Source of the DNA: Schmidtea polychroa | Taxonomy: Eukaryota | Length of the DNA: 64,000 bases | Direction of reading: 5' to 3' | Assembly: GCA_044892525.1 (NCBI GenBank) | Contig: CM097885.1 | Span: 237,710,001-237,774,000, forward strand | In this document: one piece after another, positions 38,769 to 50,749 of the stretch | Layout of the letters: the number at the start of each line of letters is the position of its first letter | How positions within the stretch are numbered: position 1 is the first letter of the stretch | Position numbers and translations under genes: made by a program | The notes under the pieces: generated by a model | What the model saw: only the letters and a program-made list of their open reading frames with translations | Databases searched by the model: none | Told to the model about the DNA's origin: nothing

Positions 38769-41700
38769 TTGATATATATTTATAATTTATCAGGTCCATT
38801 TTACCCACGATACTGTGTATCGTCAATCGGACATAGTTTGATATGCCACAAAAATATGAAGAAATATTATCGCCAACCTTTTAATGGCATCAACTTTTTT
38901 ATTTGCCCCATATGCAAAACTTCCCAGAGTGTAAGGTATAAGGAATTTTATAGTCAACATTCTCAGCACTTAAATTCTTTCAAAACAAATAAACAAGAAC
39001 TGTTTAAAATAATAAATAAGAATAACATTGAAATTGTAAATATTTTAAATAATAACACAAAAAAGAAATCTAACAAAAGACCTGCTGAACATAGGGTGTC
39101 TAAAATTAAAAATAAAATTATAAAAACTGAAGTCATTGAGATCAGTGACGACGAAATTATTAAAAATGAAGTCATTCTACTCAGTGATGACGAATGTAAT
39201 AATATTATATATACTATAAATCATGATATTATAAATGATAATATTAATACTATAAATACTATAAATGAAAATATAAATAATGATAATACTATAAATACTA
39301 TAAATCAAATAGGTGGATCATCTTTAGCGATTGAGCCGATAATAGAATCAAATTTAAATGGCGCCATTCGAACTATTCGATTTGATATTGCCGATTCACA
39401 ATTAATTAAAATTATAATAACGGATAGGATCACTGAAAAGTTAACATCTGAAATAAATAACATGGGTAGCGTCAAAATTCAATTCGCTATTCTTATAAGA
39501 TTTGAAAAAGATGGGGAAATCCGTGACAACTACTTTTCAAATAAAGCCGAGATCTTTTCGGATAACTTTTTAATTGAGGGGGTTAATAAGTTAAACGAAA
39601 AAATTGAAAAGTTTACCTATTTAGGTAGTGGCTGGAGAGTAATTAATATCTTAGAGATTGATTTCATTCTGACTAAATTTGCTCCTATTTGTCGCCTATC
39701 TGGTCATAGTTACATTCGTACACCTGCAGATTTGAAATCTAAAGGAGCAATTATAAATGTTAAAAATAAGGATCATAAGTGTTTTCTATATAGTATTCTC
39801 GCGCTCTTGAAAAAAGATGAAATAGGTAGCCACCCTGAAAGAGTTTCAAAATATGAAAATCTTTTAAATATTCTTAATTACAATGAAGTCACGGATTGTC
39901 CGATGAAATTGTGTAATATACCTAAATTCGAAAAGAAAAATTTAGACTTAAATCTCGCCATAAATGTTCTGGCTTATACCCCTACTGTGATAGTTGATGA
40001 TGATCAGGTTCCTAATGACTATGTTTTTAAACACCCCCACTTAAGTATAATTCACAGATCAACGGTTACTGGCGGTACTCCAATTTATTTATTACTCTTG
40101 GAAAATAAGGATAATTATCATTACACCGCAGTGACCAACATTACACGTTTAATGAACTGCCATCGTAATAATGACTGTAGTATTCAAATAAGATGCAAAT
40201 GGTGCCCACATTGTCTTAACGGTTTTCGAATGGACAATGCTTTCACTAAACATGTGGACCTATGCAGTAAAAATCAAACGGGTACAACCCTTTACACTTT
40301 ACCCGAAAATAAATATTTAGTGTTTCAAAATCATTCAAAGAGAATCACCCCACCCTTTGTTATTTATGCCGATTTTGAATCGGTTTTACCTAAAGATGTT
40401 AAACATCATCAAATACATTTACCTATTTCAGCAGGTCTTTTATTAATAAATAATCTTAACAATAGAAAATCGTATTACGAGTTTTATGGTCTTGATTGTA
40501 TACCTCAATTTCTTAAAAAAGTAGAGCAAATTGCTGTCACAATTGTCCTACCTTATTATGAGCTTGAAGGGAAAAAACGGTTAGGACCTATGACTTTTGC
40601 TGAGGAACGACAATTCAAATCTTGTAGGAACTGCTATCTTTGCAAGAAGGTTTTATCCCTTGCTGTTCGAGATCATGACCATTTTACTGGTAATTATCTC
40701 GGTGCAGCCTGTAGGAAATGTAATATGGCTCGCAGAATTTATAAACAGCTGCCGATTGTATTTCATAATTTACGAGGCTACGACTTACACCATATTTTAA
40801 AATATGGTCTCAATGGCTTCCCTTCTTGGAATTTGAATATAATACCCACAAGCACAGAGAAATTTATCTCGATGATTGTTCACATTAAAAAATTAGCTGT
40901 TCGTTTTATCGACAGCATACAATTTGTTAATTGTTCTTTGGCTAAGGCTGTAAAAACTCTAACTGATCTTCCTTTGACTTCGTTGGTTTTTGATAGGCTA
41001 ATAATAGATGCTAAAGCCATATTTCCTTATGATTATGCGACTGATTTGGATGTACTTGAAACCACTTATGAATTGCCTCCTATTTGGTCTGGTGTTACTG
41101 AAGATGAGTATGCTAAGGCTCAACTTATTTGGACTCAACAACGTTGTACTAAATTGGCTGACTATATGTTAACTTATCAAAAATTGGATGTATTCCTCCT
41201 TGCGGACTATTTCCAACAATTCCGTGCCAAGGCCATTGCATACAATGGTCTAGAACCTCTAAACTTTTATGGTATTCCGGGTATGTCATGGGCCTCAGCG
41301 CTTATGACATTAACTGAGCCTATAGAACTTTTACAGGACATAGAAATGTTCAATTTTTACGAAGGAGGAATACGTGGTGGGTTAACATTTGTTAACAAAC
41401 ATTACGTTGCTGCTTCTGATAATACAGAATTATTATATATTGATATAAATAATCTGTATGGTTGGGCTCTTAGCCAAAATCTTCCTTTTGCTGATTTCAC
41501 TTGGGTGTATGATGAATTGAATGATGTATTGCTTGAGTGCATGAATGCTGACATTGAAATCCTTCCCTATGGTTATACCATAGAAGTGGATATAGATATT
41601 CCAGAAATTTTTCATGATTTTTTAAATGACTTTCCTCTTGCTCCTGAGAAAATGTGCCCGCCTGGTTCGAAAGTTGAGAAGTTGATGCTCACGCATTGGC

Positions 41701-42728
41701 CAAAGAAGAACCATGTTCTTCATTGGAGGCTTCTCAAGCTTTATTTGTCTCTTGGTGCCAAAGTTGTACACATCCATAGGGCTATAAAATTCAAGCAAGC
41801 ACCGATTTTTAAAAATTATATAAATAAAAATACACAGCTAAGAGCTGAAGCAAGCAGTGAACTGTACAGAGATTTATTCAAATTGTATAATAATAGCTTG
41901 TACGGTAAATCCGTTGAAAACCTTAAGAAGAGATTAAATTTACGACTATGTAATTCCGCGGAAAAATTAATTACATATTCATCAAAACCATCATTTAGAA
42001 AAACCATCAAAATTGATGATGATCTTTTTGGTGTACATCTCAATAAGGAGTCTATATGTTTGGATAGACCCAGCTACATCGGACAATCAGTGCTGGATTT
42101 ATCCAAACTAAGGATGTATCAATTACAGTACATAGAATTAGCAAAATATAGGAGTCAGTTTAACTGTGATATAAATATAGTTGCGGGTGATACCGATAGT
42201 TTCTTCTTAGAGGTCAAAAATGTAAAGCTTGACGTTCTTTTGCCAGCGATGATTTCGGATGACTTGTTAGACACCTCAAATTATGATTCCTCTCATCCTT
42301 TATATTCTAGGAGACTCGACTCAGTTATAGGAAAGTTTAAGGATGAGAGTAAGGGTGTAGGATATAGTGAGTGGGTTTTCTTGCGACCAAAGTGCTACAG
42401 TCTTTTAGGAAATAAATCTACTATGAGAGCTAAGGGCGTAAAATTACCAGGTACAGATATAAAACATCAATCCTATTTAGACTGTTACAACAACAACACA
42501 GTTATTTCTGTACCTCAGACTAGAATAGGAACCCGAAATCATCAGCTTTTTACCTTTAAAAACTCAAAGATTGCTTTAACTAATCATGATGATAAAAGAG
42601 CTTGGGTAGAGAAAAACTCTAGTTTTGCATATGGTCATTATTTAGGGGTTGATGTCATTGATAATGACGATAATGATATTCAATCAGGAGCAGATCCCGA
42701 TCTCATCAATCAACATCTACAAGATTAA
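38769..42728 (+). CDS. Protein-primed family B DNA polymerase (pPolB); true start uncertain (Met ~38856 or acceptor ~38793)
   Basis: ExoI YADFES, endonuclease-VII-like CYLC..RDHDH..CRKCN, ExoII HNLRGYD, motif A YIDINNLYG, motif B KLYNNSLYGK, motif C GDTDS. Confidence 0.96.
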   Translation: MIYIYNLSGPFYPRYCVSSIGHSLICHKNMKKYYRQPFNGINFFICPICKTSQSVRYKEFYSQHSQHLNSFKTNKQELFKIINKNNIEIVNILNNNTKKKSNKRPAEHRVSKIKNKIIKTEVIEISDDEIIKNEVILLSDDECNNIIYTINHDIINDNINTINTINENINNDNTINTINQIGGSSLAIEPIIESNLNGAIRTIRFDIADSQLIKIIITDRITEKLTSEINNMGSVKIQFAILIRFEKDGEIRDNYFSNKAEIFSDNFLIEGVNKLNEKIEKFTYLGSGWRVINILEIDFILTKFAPICRLSGHSYIRTPADLKSKGAIINVKNKDHKCFLYSILALLKKDEIGSHPERVSKYENLLNILNYNEVTDCPMKLCNIPKFEKKNLDLNLAINVLAYTPTVIVDDDQVPNDYVFKHPHLSIIHRSTVTGGTPIYLLLLENKDNYHYTAVTNITRLMNCHRNNDCSIQIRCKWCPHCLNGFRMDNAFTKHVDLCSKNQTGTTLYTLPENKYLVFQNHSKRITPPFVIYADFESVLPKDVKHHQIHLPISAGLLLINNLNNRKSYYEFYGLDCIPQFLKKVEQIAVTIVLPYYELEGKKRLGPMTFAEERQFKSCRNCYLCKKVLSLAVRDHDHFTGNYLGAACRKCNMARRIYKQLPIVFHNLRGYDLHHILKYGLNGFPSWNLNIIPTSTEKFISMIVHIKKLAVRFIDSIQFVNCSLAKAVKTLTDLPLTSLVFDRLIIDAKAIFPYDYATDLDVLETTYELPPIWSGVTEDEYAKAQLIWTQQRCTKLADYMLTYQKLDVFLLADYFQQFRAKAIAYNGLEPLNFYGIPGMSWASALMTLTEPIELLQDIEMFNFYEGGIRGGLTFVNKHYVAASDNTELLYIDINNLYGWALSQNLPFADFTWVYDELNDVLLECMNADIEILPYGYTIEVDIDIPEIFHDFLNDFPLAPEKMCPPGSKVEKLMLTHWPKKNHVLHWRLLKLYLSLGAKVVHIHRAIKFKQAPIFKNYINKNTQLRAEASSELYRDLFKLYNNSLYGKSVENLKKRLNLRLCNSAEKLITYSSKPSFRKTIKIDDDLFGVHLNKESICLDRPSYIGQSVLDLSKLRMYQLQYIELAKYRSQFNCDINIVAGDTDSFFLEVKNVKLDVLLPAMISDDLLDTSNYDSSHPLYSRRLDSVIGKFKDESKGVGYSEWVFLRPKCYSLLGNKSTMRAKGVKLPGTDIKHQSYLDCYNNNTVISVPQTRIGTRNHQLFTFKNSKIALTNHDDKRAWVEKNSSFAYGHYLGVDVIDNDDNDIQSGADPDLINQHLQD

Positions 42729-43090
42729 TTTAATTCTGTGATCGGACTTGTTTGAATTTTTGTAAAATAGAAATTATTGTAAAGTCTCTTTTTCGTTTTA
42801 TAATTATCGGTTTTATTTCTTTGATTTTTTTTTTAATAATTTGATGTGTAAAAGTATTTTATTAGAATGTAGTTTGTTAATAAAAATAATAATAAAAATA
42901 ATAATACTTACTATATTGTGCACAAACATTATATCTTCAAATATATAACCATTGGATAGAGCTCTTCAAGACCTTTTTAATGAACCATTATTCAATAAAA
43001 TCTATCGAAGATAATCCTTAAAATTACCATTATTGATTTTAAATTATTTTCTTGTTTAATAAATGAGTTGTTTTAATGTATCTCTTATAA

Positions 43091-43648
43091 ATGTGTGCAG
43101 AATATAAGTATTTTCATAAATTTATTAAGAAATTACTGATGACCACGAGATCATTCAAGTTTTTAAACTGCACCGTTGAAGATTTTATGAACAATTATGA
43201 TACTTTCACTGAAAAGGAAACCATAAAAATTTTAGAAATTTTCAAACATTCCTCCATTGGATATTTGATTGATTTATTTAATTACAATAAATGCATTTTG
43301 AAGTTATCGATTTATTTGATGCATTTAGACAAAGCAATAGTAGATAATGATTCATTGAATGAATGCTTTTGGAATTGTATGGATTTAAGGCTGGAACCAG
43401 GATATAGTAGTAGATTGATTTATGAATGGATATCGAAATCCGAATTGATTGAAAATAAGCTAAGGAAAAAACTCAATGATGGTAGGAAAATGTATTTAAC
43501 TTGTTACATTTGTAAAGAAAATCAAGTATCGGTTTTGTTTTTACCTTGCGGACATGTAATTGTATGTTCTAAATGCCATGATTCAAATGTTCGCAAATGT
43601 AAAGCATGTTCAATGTATATTAATGAGTATCATACTATATACATTTAA
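43091..43648 (+). CDS. IAP-type C3HC4 RING finger protein (no BIR domain seen)
   Basis: CYICKENQVSVLFLPCGHVIVCSKC..CKAC at the extreme C-terminus, ending IYI. Confidence 0.85.
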   Translation: MCAEYKYFHKFIKKLLMTTRSFKFLNCTVEDFMNNYDTFTEKETIKILEIFKHSSIGYLIDLFNYNKCILKLSIYLMHLDKAIVDNDSLNECFWNCMDLRLEPGYSSRLIYEWISKSELIENKLRKKLNDGRKMYLTCYICKENQVSVLFLPCGHVIVCSKCHDSNVRKCKACSMYINEYHTIYI

Positions 43649-43880
43649 TAAACATTTATTTCTTTACCTTTGTTATTAATACTTTGAATATTGTAAATAA
43701 TAAAACTATGTATCAAATAATAATATTCAAAATAAACCAAATTTACAAACTACCGCCCAGCCCCTTCGGGGCGGGCGGCGGTTGTGTATGTCGATGATTT
43801 TAATTTTTATTAAATGCATTTGTTTGATTTCAGAATTCGATTTGTGTGACTAACCTTGTTAAATTTGAGTTGATGTAAAT

Positions 43881-43962
<82 letters not shown>

Positions 43963-44254
43963 TTAATAATAATAAAGTAATTTCTTATGAAGATTTATAT
44001 TAAAGTGATTCAAAGCTGATTTATGAAATTGGTTGAACCTTTTAAATGTAATTATCCAACAATAAATATTTAATGTAATAATGATCAAATTCACTTAACA
44101 AGGCAGTGCCGACAATTTGTGAGAGTCGACAAACATCGATATATTACTGATTTATAATCTTCAAAGTCTCTTTTCAATTCAATGGATATTATAATCAGTG
44201 GTGAAATTGGAAGAAATAAAAGTTCTTATAATAATAGTAATTATTTGTAAAAAT

Positions 44255-44332
<78 letters not shown>

Positions 44333-44622
44333 GGAAAAATACTGAATTATTATTGATTAAAATATTTGAAGGGATAACATGTGGTATGAAATTATGCGTT
44401 AATAATCGATTACATCAACGGAAATTCACATGATTTGCACTATGAACTGTTACTAAATCATGTGTGAATGATATCAGTAAATGATATCAGACCTTTAAAA
44501 AAAAATTGACCTTGACCTTAAAAAATTTGACCTTGACCTTAAAAATTTGACCTTGACCTTAAAAATTAGACCTTGACCTGTCCTGGATGTGACATGTCCT
44601 GGAGGTGACACATCTTACTACT
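43585..44622 (-). repeat. Polinton right terminal inverted repeat
   Basis: Reverse complement of 27100-28127. Confidence 0.95.
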
Positions 44623-45699
44623 GACTAAGTATCGGTTATAATGAGGAAATAACTTGACCATGAATAATTAAACATCCAAAATAACTGATTAAGTTACTAA
44701 TAATTCCATTGATATATTTATAGTAGAACGAACAATACTTAATATCATGAATCAACTTTCGAAAAATTCCTTAATTTGTGTAATTAAAACAAGGAATCAC
44801 CGACGAAAAATCAAATCTTGCCCGCCATGGAATATTGGGGTCTTGGATTTTTGTTAGCCGCAGATAAAGAAAAGAATTAAGGAAAAGGAAAATTACGATT
44901 CCGCAATTTATAACAAAATAATAATTTGTACATTCCCTTAATTTGCAAGATAGAGTTAATGGCTTGGAAAATTTTACGGGGATCTGTCCTACTTGGTTAA
45001 AGTACACCCTTGAGCTACTACGATTATTAATTAAATTCTTACATACTACACATACCTGCAAACATACCGCAGTATGAAATACGGTAATATAATCAAATGT
45101 AATATAAAGCCAACATATCCATTATTCCTTACATAGTTATCGATCAGTCGACTAATAATTATTGTTAAATATTAACTGTTTTATCAAAAATCTATACTCG
45201 GAGTTTTACTACTCAGGAGAAAATTGACTTAGCCTACTTTGATACACTACTTCCAATTCAGGTACGTGTTCGGAATTATTTTTCTTATAAAACAACTACT
45301 CGTTAAATCATGTGGGACTACCTATCCCTTTTTGTATTCATTCATTTCCATACAATCAAAGTTACAATTGACCTCATAGATTTTTTATGGGGATCTGCTT
45401 TATGCTATTCGCACATTTCCTGAAATTCAAAGTTCTAAATTTTCTTGAAAATGTTTTGGCAGGGATCTGCCTTTATTTTATGTTTATTAAAGCACGATGA
45501 TCTGTTCTATATTCAATAATGTTGAAACAATTCTAATCTTCATTGTATATGGTGATGATTTTGTGTCAATAATGTTGAAATACTCTTTTCTCTCAGCTCT
45601 CTGGACGTTTGAGAAGCAAGCGATTAGTGTCTTATAATCTTCGTATTTAAATGTTATTTAGATATGTGGTCATTATGTGCTATAGGTCATTTATATTAA

Positions 45700-46490
45700 T
45701 TAAGAAAGTTGTCCATCGCACCGGCCCACTGGACTCGGATACAGTGAACCCTTGGTGTTATGTTGGGACCTTGAAGCTACGCATGAACTAAAAGTTCACC
45801 GTGGCCTCGGTTGATTTATTTATTAACGTTTACAACACATGTAGACAACGACGATACTGATCATTGTCCACACTGGTCACCAAGAAGTTTCTGATAAACA
45901 TATCGGTAAAACTACTGTGTATACACGCCACCATGATGAATATGGGCGTTTTCCAGAATATTCTATTTTGTTTTAAATATTTTAATAAATAATTCCCTTT
46001 TTCTTGTAATTTTTATGTTATCTCTTTTTGCTTTTGTTAATTTAATTATAAAATGTTTATTTTTTTTGTGAACTTTGCTAAATCACTTGGCGGCCATGAT
46101 GGATTTCACCATTTATACAGGATATTCTAGTTTTTCTGTTTATTCTCATTGTAATTGTTATTTCTAATTCATCTTTTGGAGTTATTTTTTGGAAATCTTT
46201 CTTATTTCCATTCTTACCTCTTCTTATTACCATTAATTCAAATTTGTTTACTTCTGTTATGTATTTTTGTTGTATTTGAGTTTGGTTCGTGTATTACTTC
46301 TTGCTTTTGTTTGATTTTTCCTTAAACTCGGGTTTATTACTTTGGTGTTATGTGGATTCCATTAGTTATGTTTATTTGGTGTTTTAAAGTGTTTCTAATT
46401 TAACTCGACTACTGCTACGTTTGTGTGTTATGTTCCGACGCATTTCTTAATGTTGCTTATGCCTGGGCCTAAAGTCAGTTTTTTCCAAGT
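45700..46490 (-). mobile_element. Diverged copy of LTR-like family B
   Basis: Reverse complement shares blocks with 15253-16451 (aactgac/tt..ag(g/a)ccca, gaaatgcgt.gg.acataacac, cccaacataaca..cagtggg(g)ccg). Confidence 0.55.
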
Positions 46491-47407
46491 ACTACAAAGA
46501 TCCGGGCGACTCAAAAATCAGCTTCGTCTTCAATTTTCACGAGTGTTCCCAATTTAAAAAATTACCAACGTTGTTCATGCAATGGGTGTCATGTTGTAAC
46601 GTTCATTGTACTGGAAAAAGCACGAAAGGGTAAAATATCGATTACCTGAAGTTTTAAAGATTATTTATATTAAATGTCTTTGATGAAAAAGTTAATTTTC
46701 CCCTTTAACTCAACTCGGTTTTATTTGGTGTGTAATCCATTTAGCAACAACTTAGACATACACAGCTAGAATTAAAAGAAGAAGAATTTTTAGAATTCCA
46801 AAATGATCGAACATTATGAATTCAATTTAATTGCGAAGAATTAAGTAGCTTTTGCATAGGTGTATGATACAAATATTGTTTCGATTTTTTATTCTAAAAT
46901 AAGTTTAATAAGATTTAATATTGAATGCCCTTAGACATTATTAGATATTAAATTTAAAAAAATATTACAGAGTTACAAATGAGATTTTTTAAAATTTTTC
47001 GTATACAGAAAACCAGTATCTTTTTTCTTATTTACAAAATTTATGCGTCCATTTTGCTTGGCGCCCTGATGTGATAGCCTCGGTTGGCCTAATAGTAGAT
47101 CTGGTTTGTAACTAATCATATTATGAATTTTTTACATTTAAAACTTTTAATTTAGAATTAAATCCCATTTTTATAAATAAAATAAATGAAAATTCCTATC
47201 ATTATTTTATCGTTTATTTTAAATATATTTTTATGAAATATGGACATTGTGTTTAGATCTGCCGCGTAATTTGATTACCATGGAAAATGTATCAGTACAT
47301 AAAAAACTTTTAGAAACACTGGTATAAATTTTTAAATGCATTTAATATACTCCAATAATAATACTCCACTTAACATACTTTTTCCATAGTCAAACAAATT
47401 TCTTCAA

Positions 47408-50400
47408 AATTAGATATCTGGTTGTTTTAATAATTGGAGTGGCGGTTTTTGTGAAAAATTAAAAACTTATTATTATTATAAATCCTTTTGATCTAATATA
47501 TATATTTTTGGTTTCAAGACTTTTGCTGAGAAATTTAAAGATGGATTTAACTGGCGATCACGCCGAAAATCAAAATATCAACGCCATTTCGAAATCGACA
47601 AAATCGCTAATGGAATGCTTACCGAAATCATGCCAAGACATGCTTACACTTAACATCAGACGATATGATGGACGAGGTTTAAAAGAAGCCGAAGAATGGA
47701 TCAGGGATATAGAAGAATGGCTGCTGACAAATGGACAGCGATTGACAAGCACTTTCGATGTGTTATTAGTGGCAGAAGCAAAGACATTGTGGGGAAACGT
47801 CAGAGAAACAGAAACAACAGATGCGAAAGCCAAAGCGTGGTTCTTACATACGTTCACAATTACAAAATCAATAACTGATAAAATCAGAGAATTGGGAGCT
47901 ATGGAACAGGAAGATGATGAAAGGTTTGCAGCTTTTGAGATACGGCTAAGGAAAGCTTTAGCTGAAGTTGTGAATTCAGGACGATCAGAAGAAGATATTG
48001 GTCAAGACCTCATCGCAAATAAAGCACGCGATGCGAGACTGCGGTAGATACTATAGACGAAACCAGAAACAAAAATTGAAGAAACGAGATCATTGGCGAA
48101 AATTTTTGAAAGTAACAAAAATGGAAACAATAAAATGGAATTTATTAAAGCAATCGGTCAAAGAACATACGCTAGCGTGACTGAGGGAGGGCAGATGAGA
48201 ATTCAAAAGAATACCCAAAATCCCATGCCTCCATCACCACAAAGAAGACTATCAGAAGAGTCATTTAGTCACCACAGATCAAGAAGAGACAACATCCTAT
48301 ACGCTGACCAATACAATACGAAGGAAATAACCATGGTCGTCGAGAACAATCTCCAAGAGAACAATTCTTGAGAAATGGGAGAATCCCAAATAGCTCAGAA
48401 AGGAAGCTGCCAACAATATCCATGAAGAATATTGCGAGGCTGTACAACGAAAATAGAGGACTACCACAAGCATCGGTCCCAAAATTAACGGTAGGTGATT
48501 GTTTTTACTGTGGCGAAAGGGGACACAGAAGGTATGAGTGTCCACTGGGAAATAAAGGCCTGATATGTGGAAAAGGAAGGTCACGGGTTCCGAAATTGTT
48601 TTTGTTACGGAAAGAGGTTCCACACCGATATCAAAGAATAGAAGAAGAAGATTCAAAATCTGATAGAAGAGATTACACCGAGAACAGCCAAGATTTCAGA
48701 ACTGTTCACAGCGACATGGAAGATAGATACAATGTCCCTGAAAAATATACTATATTGAGAGAAGACGGAAAAAACATCAGCGACTCCATGGGTTTCATTT
48801 CCTCGGTGGAGTCAAGACAAAAAATTGTGAAAGAAGAAATGAACGACAAAGAGACGAGGCAGAAGAAGAGATGTACCAGACGAAAGATGGAAGAAATTGG
48901 AGTAAAATAATGTTGAATAATGCCGAAACAGAGATGTTATGGGATTCTGGAGCATCAGTAACAGTCATGAGCAAGAGTTTGTGGGAGAAAATAGGCAAAC
49001 CAGAACTTAAACGTAGTATGATATTATTGTGCGGAGTTTTTTCAACTGGAGGTGAAGAAGCAATGGGATACATGCCTATACCGGCCACATGGAATCAGAA
49101 GACCAAAATAATCACAGTAGTAGTGGTAAAAGAGATCAAACCCGAATTCATAGGAGGCATTGATACAATGAAAGAGTTTGGAGTAAAGTTAGTGAAAATC
49201 AATAATATAGAAACGTCATTGATAAGCAAAATTTACACTGATGAAGAAAGAATAAATAAAGCACTAGTGGCGATGGCAGGTGAGAATAATAAAGATATTG
49301 AAGGAATGATCAGGGAATACGGAGGAATTTTTATGGCATCAAAATTCGATCTGGGATTTACAAACTTAGTTCGACATGAGATGCGGATAACAGGAGGCCC
49401 AATAATGCAACATCCTCGACGTCAACCAATGCACATGGAGAAAAGGATTGAAGAACTGATAAAAGAGTTAATGAAAGCAAATGTTATTCGATGTTGCAAG
49501 AGTCCTTGGAATGCCCCGTTAGTGATAGTAGGGAAGAACGATGGATCTATCAGGGTGTGTGTAGACTATCGTGGATTGAATTCCATAACAGAAAAAGAGT
49601 CATTTCTGACGCCTAACACCAAATTCTTACCAGACTGTCTCGCGAATGCAAAAATATTTTCGTCAATCGATTTAGGTCAGGCGTATTATCAAGTGGAGTT
49701 GGCTCCAGAAATTCAAGAAATGACTGCATTCAGTACAAGAGAAGGACAATTTTGCTTCAATAGACTACCGTTTGGCTTAGCAACAGCCCCTGCGACATTC
49801 CAGAGACTGATGCACACAGTGCTAGAAGGAATGCTATTCAAGGGAGTAGTAGTTTATCTAGATGATATCTTGGTATATGGTAAAAGTCAAAAAGACCACG
49901 ATGAGCTATTAAGGGAAATATTTAGAAGAATTCAAATGGCAGGACTGAAGATAAATCCAGAAAAATGCAAATTCAATAAAACAGAATTGTTTCCTTGGTC
50001 ACACAGTTAACGAGAAGGGTATCCAGACAAACAGGAAAAAAGTGGAAGAGATCGAGAAAGCAGAAGTACCAAAATGTTCAAAACAATTGAGATCGTTTCT
50101 CGAATTAACGAACTACTATAGAAGATTCATCAAAGACTATGCCAAAATCGGCGAACTATTATACGCTGCAACATTTGGATGCGATAAAGATATAAATTGG
50201 ACTATAGAATGCAATGAGAGCTTCCAAACTCTAAAGAGACGGTTGTACGAAGCACCTCTTCTTGATTTTCCAAGAGAAGATAGGACTTTTATCTTAGACA
50301 CAGACGCTAGTTTCGGAGCCATTGGTGCAGTTTTGAGTCAAATTACAGAAGATGGACAAGAATCTGTCATAGCGTATAGCTCGAGACATATGTCACCACA

Positions 50401-50716
50401 TGAAAAGGGAAACTGTGTAACCAGGAAAGAACTGCTCGCCGTACATGAATACGTCATGCATTTTAGAGAATATCTGTACGGGAAAAAATTCATAATTCGC
50501 ACCGACCACAAGGCATTGGTTTTCATGAACACTACAAAAACGCCAATCAGTCCGCAGTTCCAAACATGGTTAACTAACCTGTCGGAATATGATTTTCAAC
50601 TAAAATATCGGAAAGGCGAAGAACACTAGAATGCAGATGGACTATCAAGATTAAAAAGTATGATTTGCACCCAGTGTCAAACAAGACATGAAGAAGCTAA
50701 GCAAGGAAAATCAAAG

Positions 50717-50749
<33 letters not shown>

